Assembly (NCBI RefSeq): GCF_009914755.1
Contig: NC_060926.1
Reading direction: 5' to 3' (one strand)
Source: the human T2T-CHM13v2.0 reference genome, Homo sapiens
Length of the DNA: 64,000 nucleotides
The notes under the pieces are model-generated. The model did not search any database. It had not been told where the DNA came from and worked only from the letters and a program-made list of their open reading frames with translations. This document shows positions 1 through 12,960 of the stretch, piece by piece; the first letter of the stretch is position 1, and every line of letters begins with the position of its first letter. The position numbers and the translations under genes were made by a program.

Positions 1-110
1 GGCAGAAAACTAACTCCTAAAGAGAGTTTAAGAAACCTTCCTAAAGTTTCATAGCTAGTAGGTGGCAAGCAGGGATTCAAATCCAGGTCTATCATGTTCT
101 TGAGCTCAAG
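1..110 (-). mobile_element. MIR SINE fragment
   Basis: agagagtttaagaaacctt...atagctagtaggtggcaagcagggattcaaatccagg resembles the reverse complement of the MIR core. Confidence 0.6.
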
Positions 111-774
111 CTCAGTGACGCTGTGCCACAGAGAGTATCATCGTTATTTCCTGCACAGATGCTCATCTATTTCTAGTCCAGTCCCATGATATAAGGGCAA
201 ACTAAACCAAACTGCAGGCATTTCTCCCAATCCAATTCAAAATTGGAAGAAAAGCTTATCTTAAGCCTTAGAGGATTCTCTTAGATTTAATCCAGCACTT
301 GAAATCTGAGTCTCAACAGAAGGGAATTTGTGGAAGGATCCAGACCAGATGAACTCTCAGACTCATCAGCATGGACCAAATCTAGGTCCTGTGAGAAAGG
401 AACATAATTCATCCAGCACCCACAATGCCCCTCCTTCAAGGGTTGGTGACTAGACTCATCCCAGTCACCTTGCAGGAAATTCCTGGCACGAAACAAGCTC
501 CAGTCCCAAATTTATGACACTTAGGCAGCTGACAGTCTTTGCAGACTTGAAAAGAGACTCAGATGAAGTTTTGTACATAGGCATTAATGCTATTTTAGCT
601 ACAAGAGCTCTAGGCAGCCATATCTGCCAAGAGAAGTGGATTTTTCAGGCAGGGGTCTAAGATAGCTCCTTTACCTGCCATAGTAAATTGTCAGCTATAA
701 AAAGTCATTCAGTCCCCAATGGAGAAGCTACTCCTGGTCAACAGTTAACTCATATTACAAAGAACATTTTAAAA

Positions 775-1250
775 GTCTGATGGCATAAAGAAAGTAAACA
801 AAAGATTAATATCCAACATCTTTATGCAAGCAATATATCATTAATGATCATTATGGAGAACTTCCTTAGTTCAAATGAGGTTCCAGAAGACTGGAAGCAT
901 TTCACTGTAGCACCAGTATTTATAATAGCCACCCTGGGGAACAGCAGGCCCATCAACTTGACATAGCTAATATGCAAGGTAATGGAAATAAGTAGAGGTG
1001 AAATGGAGCCACACGGACACTGAATTATCTTGGGAGCCAACTTCCATGCAAATAATTAGAAACTGCCCTGATTATTAGTAGAGTGGAGAGGACGCTGCCT
1101 CAAACACCTTAGGTCACATTTTAACTTACTATTTAAAACTGGCGCATCATGTTGTCCTGCTGCTTAAAATCACAGCAAAGAACACTGGATGCAATTGACA
1201 GAGGACAAATCATTTCTAATGAAATTTGAGGAAGGAGTTTGTTCACATGG
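775..1250 (+). mobile_element. Ancient CR1/L3-clade LINE relic, N-terminal part of the RT domain
   Basis: Frame +1 from 841 reads LMIIMENFLSSNEVPEDWKHFTVAPVF..LGNSRPINLT*LICKVME..RGRCLKHL..*NHSKEH..FLMKF, matching the CR1 motifs EVPEDWK, GNYRPVSLT, KVME, GRSCLTNL and LDFSKAF in order. Confidence 0.65.
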
Positions 1251-1254
1251 TTTG

Positions 1255-1460
1255 GGAAGCAGCACAATATTGGAGATGAGGGTGGTCTGGATTTTAGTCC
1301 CTGTCCCAAGTGACTCACTGTGCACCATTTTATTATAAAATTCCTTTAACCTTTTATTAATTTTCTCAACTGTAAAATTTAGATAGTATTGCCTAACCTC
1401 TTGTCTCATTGTTTGTGTAAAACAAGAGAGATGAGCCTATATAAAAATACTTGGTAGAGT
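1255..1460 (+). mobile_element. MIR SINE, degenerate
   Basis: ttctcaactgtaaaatttagatagtattgcctaacctc resembles the MIR core. Confidence 0.45.
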
Positions 1461-1813
1461 ATAAGACAGGAGAGGGAAATGCAGATGCATAAATGAGCGA
1501 AGTAGCTGCATGGAGGACGCTGGGGGATTTTGCAAACTGGTGAGACACACCCTATTTTTTAAAACGGCCTTTCAGCTCTAGCTCATTGTTGCCTTGCAGG
1601 AATGAAGGACTGGTGTTGCAGGCAGGTCTTCCCATTTTAAAGTAATATTGAAAATAGCTTTTCTTTTCTGATAAGTAATCTATTTTAAAATGCAGCAGTG
1701 AAAACAAAAGTTTCTAAAACTCTGTACATGCAGATTCCATACTATTCATGGACTATTAGTCCTCTCCCCCAAAGGGTCATATGGTATAAGGGTAATTGGG
1801 AATTTTATTAGTT

Positions 1814-2070
1814 GATAATAATAATTGCTAACATTTATAGAATTATAGACTAGAATATTAGTTGTGTGCTAGGTACTTATTTTCACTATGGAAATGAGGG
1901 TTTCCCTCCAGCTTTATTGAGGTATAACTGACACAAAAATTGTATATATTCAAGGTGTACAGCATGATAATTGGAGAGGTACTCTTCCAAATGTTATATA
2001 AAGTAGTCCCAGAAAGCCCGAGAAAAGGTACTATTATAATCCCCATTTCACACACGTGGAAACTGAGTGA
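1814..2070 (-). mobile_element. MIR containing a short old-L1 3'-end insert (about 1905-1975)
   Basis: ataataataattgctaacattta...ggtactattataatccccatttcacacacgtggaaactgag is MIR-like; cagctttattgaggtataactgacac is an L1M 3' end on the minus strand. Confidence 0.6.
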
Positions 2071-2489
2071 GATTATCCCTGGTTAAAATTACATGAATTT
2101 TATAGAAGCCTTAATTTCTAAAAAAAAATTATAGAAATCTTAATGTTTAAAAAAATGTAGTGAGGATGTGATGTAGAAGCCCCCAACCCTCAACTTTTTT
2201 TAAACCAAACCCTTCAATATGACCATTCCAAGGAAGTATTTTCCCAAAGCATGGTTAATTATGGATCTTTCCTGTACTCTAAATAAGTACAGAGAATTTG
2301 CCAACGTTTCCTCTCATACATCTACTTTTCTTTAGCTTACCGTGGCCCATGGAGTTAGTTAACTAAATAAAACTAAAAATTCATTTTTATTTAACTGGAC
2401 AAAGCAGGGAGTGGCCAGGGAAGGTAATTTCTTAGCCTGACTTAGAGCTAACCATGATGTGGGAAAGGTGAGCTGCCCAGTGTCAATCC

Positions 2490-2640
2490 TGGATCAAGTT
2501 CAAATACAAGAGTCCAGAGGAAACACAATAATGTTTCATCTTCTCATTATTGCACATTAAAGACTCTGCTAGAGGCCTTTCATCCTGGAAAATAATATCT
2601 AGAGGGGATGTTCAAGTTTCAGAAAGGTATTTCCAAGAAG
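2490..2640 (+). mobile_element. Possible L3/CR1 3'-region fragment
   Basis: gagtccagagg...tttcatcctggaaaataatatctagaggggatg weakly resembles the CR1 VQRR..FSLEKRRLRGD region. Confidence 0.3.
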
Positions 2641-4019
2641 ATCTAAAAATAAAGAGATAGGATACCCACAAGAGAGGAAAAAGCCTCAATTTTCTATTAA
2701 TAGATCAAATAATGAGGTGAATATCTGAATGATGAATAAAATATGACTTCATTTTCCCTTTCTTCTTGTCCCTTTAGCAGGTCTTTGCCAGTTCCTTTGC
2801 TTATTAGCATGACTGCCAGAGAGTAGGCAGAACAACAGTTAAAAAGCAATGTTCTTTGTGGGACAGTTAGAAGAAAATTATTGTCTGTAGTGATTATTAG
2901 AAAAGGGCTAACAACGAAAGAAATTTCTGATTATCTACACACCTTAAGCATGCAGGATTGGCATTAGTATTATTTGTCAGTCCAAGTCTGTATTCCTACT
3001 CCTCCTTACATTCTCATTTTCCACATTTCTGTTTTCCATGCCCAGACATTTCCAGCAGTCTCTTTCAGCATGGAGATGAAGGGCTTCCAAGTGATGGCAA
3101 GCAGTTAAAAATATCAGGAGCTGGCAAATGACAGTCATAGTTAAGGGAAGTAAGAAATGGAATCTTACCAAGGGTCAGTGTGTGGCACTTGGACGATTCC
3201 GGTGCACGTGAATGACTAACTTGGGCCAACGAGGAAACCAAATGGGCAGCCCAGATGCAGAGGACCCTCATGCCATCTCCCTGTCCATGAGCTTGGGGCC
3301 TGTGTCCCTTCTCTTCCTGTCATGGCCTGAGTGTTTCCCCAAGAAGCCAGGGAATTAGAACAGGATGATGTGTGTAACCCCGGAGGGAATTCTAAACAAA
3401 AGCAAACAAGAAAAGAAACTTCCCTTTATGTGCCCTTCACCAAAGGAGCATTCATTCTGAGAAGTAAAATGGCGTTTCCTTGGCCTGTGAGAGGGAACTA
3501 GTCAGTGATTCTCAGAAGCAACTGCAAAAGCAGAGTCTTGGAATTATAACAGCTTGTTGCTAACCTTGACACTAATCATGAAAAAGGAAGTGGTAACCAT
3601 TAGAAAATTCCCAAGAATAGGTTATGCTGGGACAGAGGGAAGAACGGTACTGATATTTTAAAATTGAGCAACATTCATCCCCTCCACATCCTCCAAAACA
3701 GCCCAGGGAGCTTGTGGATCCTAAGCGTTTTTATCGCATTCAATTGTGTAAGTAAGTATTCATAGGGCTTTGGAGTGTACCTACCACTATGCTAGGAGTT
3801 TCTTTTAGTCGTGCTAGGAGTTTCTTTAGTGAGAGAAGGCTTTTTCATTAAGCAAAGACATCATGTTTGGGAATGAAGTTAGTGGGGTCAGGAGAGATTT
3901 TCATGATCCTCGGGCTTAAGGAGGGACTTACCTCCTGGCCTTTGATTCAAGACAGGAGAACTGTCTTGTGCACATTCCAGAAGTTGGTATCCCAGAAGTG
4001 AGGACATTTAAGGCACCTC

Positions 4020-4590
4020 AGTTATCAAAGAAGTACAGGCTGTTGGACAACTTGCAGCCCGCTGTAGGCTCAAACGTAATGCTCTGTGGAGAACTAGACC
4101 CAATTAAATTGGGGACTGCCTTGCAGTTACCAAGTTTCATGCAACTACTGATGGATTTGGAATGAGGAGCAGAGGCAGGCCCAGAGCAAAATTAGCTGAG
4201 TCGGGAAAGGAGAAAATAGACTCAGAATGTAAAAGCAGGGTTCTTTGATGGGCTGAAGAACTGACACATGGAAAATGTAATGCATTATTGACAAACACGT
4301 ATGCTGGCTGCAAAAATAATTAACACAAGCAGAAAAGAAATAGGAATGAAGTGGAGCAGAAAGACTTTGAAAGATTGTGAAGTGGCCACTGAAATTGCCA
4401 AGCTAATGTCAGAGAGATGATTAAAATTTTCCAATAGAACAGGTGAATAGGTACTTAGGAGAGTGTGGTGTAAACCAAGAGAAAGTGGATCATTATATGA
4501 ATCTGCACTGAGATACTAATCAGCATTTTATGTGCAACTTTGCGGTGCACATTTTAGCAGATGGAGGAAGCTCTTAAAAGCTGATAGCTA
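4020..4590 (+). mobile_element. Ancient CR1/L3-clade LINE relic, C-terminal part of the RT domain
   Basis: GTALQLPSFMQLLMDLE* (like GSVLGPVLFNIFINDLD), then after a frameshift AKLAES (SKFADD), L*WAEE, KCNALL, GCKNN*HK and EQKDF (EKDL); nucleotide similarity to L3 at 4500-4570. Confidence 0.6.
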
Positions 4591-5790
4591 AACCGAGTCT
4601 GACTGCCTTTCTGTTTCATAATAACCATCCCTGGAATGGGTACTTGTTCCTGTGAGCACTGCAGAATCAGTTCCCAGAATAGAATTCCAGAAATATCAAT
4701 ATGTTCACAAAGTAAAAATATCTGCAAAACTCTAGGATCAAGGGAGAGGAAGGGGAAGGAAGGGAAAGTTTACATCTTCCTAAACAGGAGTACCTAGATG
4801 AACAAGCTGTAACAGAGTTCTCAGTAATGAGAACTCAAAGATCAAGTAGCAAAAAGGAGAAAATCTTCTGCAGGACAGACTGTATATATGCACTCATGCA
4901 CACACACATTTTTGTAGAAACTGTATTGCTGCAATAACCAAAACAATTAGATGGTGGATTGTGGGTATGTTAAAAGAGAATAATTCTTCATGATCAGAAT
5001 GACTTTTTCCCTCATTCAACAGAAAAAGACTCTTATTTTTTATTTGTTGGAAAAGCCAAATTAGAAAAAATATATATCTTTATGACCATAGGAGACAAAT
5101 GAGTGATACCAAATATCACTAAAAATGCTATTAATCTACAGTGATATAAAATTACCATCTCAGCACAAAGAAAGCCTATATAATCTGAATTTCTCTGGCA
5201 TCATAAAAACGAATGAGAAGCGAAATTGAGAGTAAGTATGCTTTTGAGATGCCGTTAAGAGTTACATGCATTGTTAACAAATGTGGCTAGACAGACTGGT
5301 GATTTACCTTGAGTAACAAATTTATAGAGATACAGAAAATTTCCAGAAGGGACCAACTCATTGCCCTTCACTTTGGTTAATGACACCTTTGAGGGTGTTA
5401 TTCTCCTTTCTTGGATATTAAAGTGTGGCTAATTAGCTATTGACTTATAGATTATTTCCCCATTTTTATTTGCTTATTTTCTGCGTATAGCAGAAGCCAA
5501 AAATAGCTTGGGGTGGGGTAAGGGTGTGGCAAAGAAGAGGATACAGGTCAGGAGTTTCTTCATGTATCAGAGGAGCCTAAGTGACCTCACTGGGTGACCA
5601 GTGAGGTACACAAAGGACTTTGGCTTCATCACTATGGGGCCTTCCTCAAATCTGAACAAGCCCCACTCTCTGTTAATCCTCCATTATCTCTTAATCAGTC
5701 TAGGTGAGTGGAATGTCAGCCCAATTCCAGGATATTTCCACAAGACCCTGGAAGAGCTGGACAAGGGCAATGGCCAATTCTGTAACTAAG

Positions 5791-5903
5791 AGGAAGTACA
5801 GGGCAATATCTTACAGGAAGTAGAGGGCAGTTTCTGACAGGAAGTAGAGTGTAGTTTCTGACAGGAAGTAGAGTGTAGTATCTGACAGGAAGTAGAGGGC
5901 AGT
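5791..5903. repeat. 24-bp minisatellite, about 4.7 copies (aggaagtagagKgYagtWtctgac)
   Basis: Units start at 5791, 5815, 5839, 5863 and 5887. Confidence 0.95.
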
Positions 5904-6539
5904 GGCATTGAGCTGTTGAGAGAGTGGGAGGACAACGAGGATGTGGAGGAGGAAGGGTAAAAAGATGGAAAAGGAGGGAAATGAGTGTTTTCACATCTTC
6001 TCCCATATTTAAAAATAAAAAGAAACTAAAAGGAACCTCACTACCAACACCACCGCTTAGGGGAAATTTAGAAAGGAACGTGTCAGTTTTCAATTTGTCT
6101 CAAAGTTGGTGTGTGAACAAGATATGAAGGTGATAAAACTTTACGAAAATGCTACCAGTAACCTCTGAAGTTTGCTGCTAGCCAGGGAAAATATGCAATG
6201 AGTGGTAGCAATGGCATTTTCCTTTATGTCAGCTGCCTTCTACAAAGATTTTAACATTTATATTATAATACTAATGCAGGACATCCTGTGAGATGAGCAG
6301 AGGCTTTTAGAATCCCATTTCCCTGAGGATTACAGCCTCCTTCCCAGGGCACATAATTAGAACAAGGCGAATCTGGAAATATAACTGAAGTCCCATTCTA
6401 GTCTATTGTTCTTTCCCCGAAACTGAACCAGGCATCTTTTCCTAACATCCCTCTAGACAGAGACTCCATCTCTGAGAACATGAGAGTGCTGGGCATGGCC
6501 TTTTATGTCAAGCAGAAGTTCCAAGGTTGGCCCCCATGA

Positions 6540-7340
6540 TAGATCCAGGTTTATGGGACCTAAAGCTTAAACTTGTGGGTCACTCTTTAAGAAAAAGAAT
6601 TTTAAAAGATGAGTTAAAAAGTAGGTACGCATGGGAGAGTTTATTTCAAAAAGAAATTGCATCAAATCAGAAATGTTATAAAACTCACTGCTGTAGTTTA
6701 TCTGACTCCTCCATTTGATCCTCAGTTTTGGAGGTAGGGCCTAATGAGAGGTGTTTGGGTCATGGGGTGGATCCCTCATGAATGGTTGGTGCAATCTTTG
6801 CAGTAATGAGTTAGTACTTGCTCTATATTAGTTCCCATAAGAGCTGCTTATTTAAAAGAGTCTGGCACTCCCCTCTTTATGTCATGTGCTTCTTCCTTCA
6901 CCTGTTATTTCTGCACAACTGGTTCCTCTTCCTCTTCCACCATGAGTGGGAACAGCTTGAAGCTCTCACCAGAAGCAGATGCTGGTGTCATGCTTCTTGG
7001 GCAACCTGCAGAACCATGAGCCAAACAAACCTTTTTTCTTTAATTACCCAGTCTTTATTATTCCTTTATAGCAATACAAATGAACTAAGACACTGAAAAA
7101 TATCACAAATTAAAAAAAAAAATCAGAAAGGAAAGTAACATTATGTTTTTGGTAATTAAGCGCCTAATTACAGTTCTATAATGCTTGTTTCCCTTCATCT
7201 TTGCCTTTATACTCTTTGATTGTCCCTTTATATAACAATTTTGTAATTTTTTCTAGAGAGGAAAACATAATTTGGTCTTTCCTCTACTGTGTTTGATCAA
7301 AATGTGGTCATTATTGGTTTCAAAAAGTTACTTTTCACTT
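6540..7340. mobile_element. Probable hAT-type DNA transposon fossil split by an MST LTR; family uncertain
   Basis: gatccaggtttatgggacctaaagctt...ctctttaagaaaaagaa resembles a hAT/Tip100-type end; AT-rich sequence resumes after 7092. Confidence 0.3.
6689..7092 (+). mobile_element. MaLR solo LTR (MST family)
   Basis: TG...CA ends (tgctgtagttt...aactaagaca); gggtcatggggtggatccctcatgaatgg and cctgcagaaccatgagccaaa are MST hallmarks. Confidence 0.85.
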
Positions 7341-8489
7341 CAGCCTTTTATTGGCAATGCCATATCTGTAAATTCCTTGGCAGTTTTTGCCTGAGGCCAA
7401 AACGTTTAGAGACTGTCAACCTTCTAATCTGGCTGGTCAGCCCCACTCCACCTCCCTGTTCCCAGTTACAGTTTCTCACTGACTCCTTCCTTACCAGGTC
7501 TAACCTGGGGTAAGGTGGCCAGGGAGTCAAGGTGCTCTGACACCTAGGTCAAAGTAGTAATGAACAGTGCCTAGTTCAGATTCCTATTACTGAAGGTAAG
7601 AATGGGTCAGGATGCTCATGGCAGGCCTATCAGAAGGAGCTGTCATTAGGTGTAGGCAGAGGGAGAGGATTTTCTGAGCCCACCAGGCCAGCCAACAGCC
7701 CTAGGACCATGACAGGCAAGGGCAGTGATGCCCCCAGGCCGAGTTAGCAACTTTGTCTTCTTGCTGGGGTGGCTGCTTTCTCTTGCAGACAGCACCTGAG
7801 CCTTGAAAAAGACCTTGAATTTTAATCTCCATCTATGCCTTGTATCTGCATCTAATTGGCCATCAACAAATTATGAAATAGAAGGTTTACTTTCAGGAAC
7901 ACCCTTTCTCCTGTGGGCATTTTCTGTTCTTAGAACATAACTACAGAGAAAATTCACAGATAGGGAATTTAAATAGTAAGTTTGAAGCCCAAAGGTGCTT
8001 TTTAAACCTATCAACAACAAACTATCAAATTTTGAACAATTATGTTAAAGACTGAATTGTCATTCTATGTTCTCTGTAATAAATATTACAAAATTGTCAC
8101 ATGCAGAGTCAACCAAAGAATATGTAGCCAAAAAGTGTAGGAAAAAAGGTATTCTACTGCTGTGATCCCCTAACCAGCCCCAGAACCCAGAGGAGATTCC
8201 CCTCAACCCTGTAGGACTTGCTCTTGGCTTCCCGGTAGAGCTCATTGAGCAACACGTCCCTTTTGATTAAATGCCTGGGAGCTACTTAAGATGCCCCACA
8301 CCTTGGGTGACTGAATTTAGATCAGAAATTTTAAAAACAAAATCATTAAGACTTTAAGGAATTTACCTATAACTGTGGAATTAAATGGAGCCAGTAGGGA
8401 AGATATTATGATATTGGAGAATTTCCCCTCATTTAAGCCAAGAGATAGACATACCCATAACATTTATGCCTAAAGTTAACACCAAGTCA

Positions 8490-8670
8490 GAGCTTAGGAG
8501 GTATTGATCATTTACCAGCTGTATGACCTGTAACAAATTTCTTAACATTTTTATTAGTCCTAGTTTCCTCATCAATTAGAAAGGGGAATGATGCTATGGT
8601 CATACTTAGCTTGCAAGGTGTGAAAGCACCCTATTACAGTGCCCTACATATGGTGCTTAATAAATGTGAT
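8490..8670 (+). mobile_element. MIR SINE
   Basis: ccagctgtatgacctg...agtttcctcatc...acagtgccctacatatggtgcttaataaatg. Confidence 0.65.
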
Positions 8671-10113
8671 TTCTTCCTATGGTTTTACAATATGAGTTCT
8701 TGAATTTTATAGTTTTCTATGGTGTCTTTCATCTTTACTAAATGGTCCATTTATGTAACTTGAGCTCCTGCTGAATCCCAAGAGACCTCATTGTTTTTAA
8801 GTCCTTACTAATTCCTGATTTTTGCTTTATCTCCTTCACCTGAAGACCAAACCCTGAACTTTTGCTTATACCCTGTATTACCTATTTTGTGTGATGTTGA
8901 TACTAATCCCTGGAACAAATGTGCTGACAATGTTATATCATTTCTTTACATAGATTTTGATGCTCATCTTCCTAGAAAGACTGGCCACATCTCTCAAAGG
9001 GCAGGTCTGAGGCATCATGATACATAACACTTTTTCTCCTGCTCAGATTTCTCTGGACTGCACATATTTCTAATTTTAGAAGTAGCTGCAAGCAGTTAGG
9101 AGTCATGCACTCACATATTCAATGGTCTGTGCCAAAGCTGTCCATGTCTGTTAGGGTAATGTGTACTCGGTTATTTTAAATTCTTTCCTTTGAAATGAAT
9201 GCTTTGCTGTTTCCACATTTTCTGATAATCAGAAATATACTTTTCCAGACCTCTTCCTAAAGCATGTTGATTTTAAGGTCTGCACCAGACCTCTGTTCTG
9301 CTCTCGACTGTTGAATATGTCTGGCTTATTTAAAAAAAACTGTGTTTGCCCATAGAGGGGCAGGGAACTGGGGAGGAGAAGGTAGTTAAGGTAGGATTCT
9401 GACTCCAAATGAGCTGATTAAAAGGTATCTGAGATAATTGTTTTCAAAGGTGGAAAGAGATGGCTGGAAATCAATGGGCAGTCATGTTGGAATGTAAAAG
9501 TAATCAACATGAACACAGGCCATATCATCAATGCTTTCTGAATGCAAAGGGAAAGGGAACTACTATGCCGTGGCTTCCTTCAAATTGATGTGTCTTTCCA
9601 AACTTAGAGGAGCAAGAGAAATGCTTGCAGGGACTTTAACTTGAAAAAAAAAACAGGCTTGTGGCATTAACATAGCACGTTGAGTTCTTTGGAGTCAAGG
9701 TGCTGGCTAAATTTCTCCTGCTAATAAATGCTTTTATCACAAAGTATACCCAATTCCACTATCTGTGTGATGCATACCAAGTTTCTTTGGTTTGTAGCAA
9801 GACCATTTTGCATTACAGTTATTCAAGAAATCACTGATCAATTACTAAGATGCATCTTCATAAGAAATAAATTCTTGACATGCATAGAAGTATATGGATG
9901 GTTGAAAGTAACTTGGAAATTGGAGTAACTAAAATAATTTAATCTAATCCAGTCATTTCACAGGTGGGATAGTGGAGGCCCAAGTTACTTATGGGATTGG
10001 GTCAAAGAAAGCCAGCATTCTTTGACCAGTATTAACATCTGTGTGTCCTGATATCTACTCAAACTATGACATGATAATATCTGTACACCAATCACACAGA
10101 AATGAACTAGAGG

Positions 10114-10493
10114 TGATATAGTTTAGATGTCCCTTCCAAATCTCATGTTGAAATTTAACACCCAGTGTTGGAGGTGGGGTCTGGTGGGAAGCGGATCCCT
10201 CATGGCTTGGTGTTCTCCTTGCAATAGTGAGTACTTGCAAGATCTGGTTAAGTCTGTGGCACCTCTCCCCACCTCACTCTCTCTTGCTCCCACTCTGCCA
10301 TGAGAGATGTCTGCTCCCACTTCGCTTTCTGCCATGAGTAAAAGCTCCTTGAGGCCTCCCCAGAAGCCAAACAGATGCCAGTGCCTTGCTTCCTGTACAG
10401 ACTGCAGAACTGTGAGTCAATTAAGCCTCTTTTCTTTATAAATTACCCAGACTCAGGTATTTCTTTATAGCAACACAAGAATGGCCTAATACA
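10114..10493 (+). mobile_element. MaLR solo LTR (MSTB-like)
   Basis: tgatatagttt...ggcctaataca; caaatctcatgttgaaat and aattacccagactcaggtatttctttatagca; 5-bp TSD agagg/agggg. Confidence 0.92.
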
Positions 10494-12662
10494 AGGGGGG
10501 ACTTGAGGACACCTGTATAAACAAAGTGAAAACATTTGCATTTTCTTTATACTTTATAATAAAAATAAAGAGCATCAGAGATGGATATTGAATAGTGAAT
10601 GTGTGTAAAAGCTCAAAATACATCTTTTCCAAGAATTTTAACGAGAAAGTTGAGCTTGCTTCCATGTACATAACTATTTTATACCAAGTTTTATGTTTGA
10701 AATGGCTACAAGCAAGTCCTGATCAAATCTTTTTAATGATCTTTTCAAATTCTTGATAGTCACCATTGATGAGAAACTTTGTTCTCACAAGTAGGTGATA
10801 AAACCATTTTTTACAGCCATTCAGAAATTTATAACAGTTGAAATTATCTTTAAAGAATCTGAGCTTTTCTTTTTTATTTTCTTTGACCGATGTAAATGTT
10901 AAAATTTCTTTTGATAATGAGAATGGATTTCAAATTCAGTCAAACTTTTTTCATTCCAAGTATTTCGATAGAAAGGCGCTTGAACATGCAGAACGTGCTC
11001 ACAGTGCTGGAGCTCTTGCCCTGCTGTTTGTATGGACTCCATAAAAAGGGCACTGCTACTGCAAGTACAGATGTAAGTATCCAGCATACGTGAAGAAAGA
11101 GGTGCAGGGCAGCCCTTGAACTCTACCCTGCTGGAGTCTCACCTGTCCTCCCTCTCTCCTCATCCGCCACACTCAATCAAGACTTGGACCTCATAGCAAG
11201 CTCCTCGGGCCCCTGGAACAAGAAGTCTCTAGCATCTCTGCAGATTTCTTGCCCACAGTGGGTAGCAGCGTGCCCTGAAGCAGACTGCTGAGACAGACAG
11301 TGAGGAGCACTTTCCTGGCAGCACTCAGTGTGTGGCAGACAAGCTTGTGGTATTTGCCACCTGCAGGGACTATGGGACATGCTGTCAGAATCCCCTCAAA
11401 CTGCTTTCAAGGAATCCTGGACTGATGATCAGCTCAGGACCTCAGTTATCCCAGGCCTCATGGGCCAGGGGTTTATTAGATCACAACATACCTATAACCA
11501 CTGCATGGCATAAAAATCAGGAAGCCCAGAGAACACAAATGTCTGGCCCACGTCTGTAAGTGACAGCCCAGGATTAGAAGGTATTGTCTACCACTCAGTC
11601 TGTATTCTTTCCCCTTTCCATAGTTCATCTCATTAATAATTTGACCAACATACCATCCTCAAGGATAGAAGTATGTCTCCTGAATTCTACCAGCAGACCA
11701 GTAAATGTGGTAGTTTTACTTCTCATGTATAATAAGTAGTAGTCCTAGAAATTCACATGATTTGTGTGTGTCTATTTGAAATTTTATTTTATGAATTAAA
11801 AATAATAAATCCTGTTACATCCATTGTGCGATCACAGAGATACTGCTGCCCTCTTCCCTAAATGTTCCACATCAGTGAGACTGGTACCACTGACCACTTT
11901 TCATCTATCAATCACTATGGATGGAAAAATAAAAACAAGCAATTTCTTTGATCATCTTTTTCACCCAAACTCCGTTCATTATCTGACTTTGCATATGCTT
12001 CATCCATTTCAATTCCCCCGGGCTGAGCAGTTTATGTTCTAAAGAGCTGCAGACTAGACTGAAAATGCCCTTCTTTCATCTTTCTTTTATAAAAGAAACA
12101 TTTTTTTTCCTGTGCCTGGGAAGAAGTGCTGAGTGGACAGCCCTGCTGGCTTCTGTTTATACTGTGAGCAACTGAGACACAAATCAGTACTAGGGTTATC
12201 TTGATTTCTGCCTGGAACAATATTATCCTGCAGGGACCCACTCTGGGAATCCAGAGGATGATATATCCCTTTCTATCATAGGTATGTGCCTAAGAGGGCA
12301 ATTTTAGCCCCTCTGATGCTGCCAGAGACTGTGAATAGCGACAGGATGGAGGAGTGGCACCATGTCACCATACTCTCATCATAACTCACCACCAACACAC
12401 ATTAAATTCCTACTTTGTGCAAAGCCACGTGTTAGTACTACGTACTAAGTCTATGTGCTAAGTCCAGCCTAGGATAGAAGAAATAATAATAAACATTTGT
12501 TGAACATTTCCTATACTTCAGGCACTAAATCAAATGTGTTGCATGCAACATCTAACTAAGCCTCACCATGATCCAATGAAGACTGTGTTATTATTCCAAT
12601 TTTCACATAAGCATATTATTATTCCCAAGATTATGATGCTTCTATGTAAAGATTCTTCTTAA

Positions 12663-12738
12663 TTATTTTATCTAATGCAACTATCTTTTTCTCCAGTTCA
12701 TTATTTTATCTAATGCAAATATCTTTTTCTCCAGTTCA
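12663..12738. repeat. 38-bp tandem duplication, 1 mismatch
   Basis: ttattttatctaatgcaa(c/a)tatctttttctccagttca occurs twice. Confidence 0.95.
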
Positions 12739-12739
12739 G

Positions 12740-12960
12740 CTCCTTGTTTGTTTTCTTCATAACACTTCTCACATTTAAAAAAAATATTTTTTTCATTTGT
12801 TGGATTTTTTTTTTTTTTTGCTGTCTCTCTCACTAGTATGTTGTGTTCTGAGGTTAGAGATTCTGTCTCTTTTGTTTCACCGCCTAGCAGGGTACCTGGA
12901 CACATAATAGGATCTTAATAAGTGTTAGTTGAGTGAACGAATAAATAAGTGAGTGAATAA
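12740..12960 (+). mobile_element. L2 LINE 3' end
   Basis: tgtctcttttgtttcac...gcctagcagggtacctggacacataatagg...gttgagtgaacgaataaat. Confidence 0.7.

Noticed and set aside
2098-3830. Short local duplications at about 2100-2156 and 3790-3830
   Set aside because: Ordinary slippage duplications with no functional signal
5716-6093. 125-aa ORF with LLPVRNY-like repeats; superficially a repeat protein or CRISPR-like array
   Set aside because: It is the translation of a head-to-tail 24-bp minisatellite; there are no spacers or cas genes, and the DNA is primate
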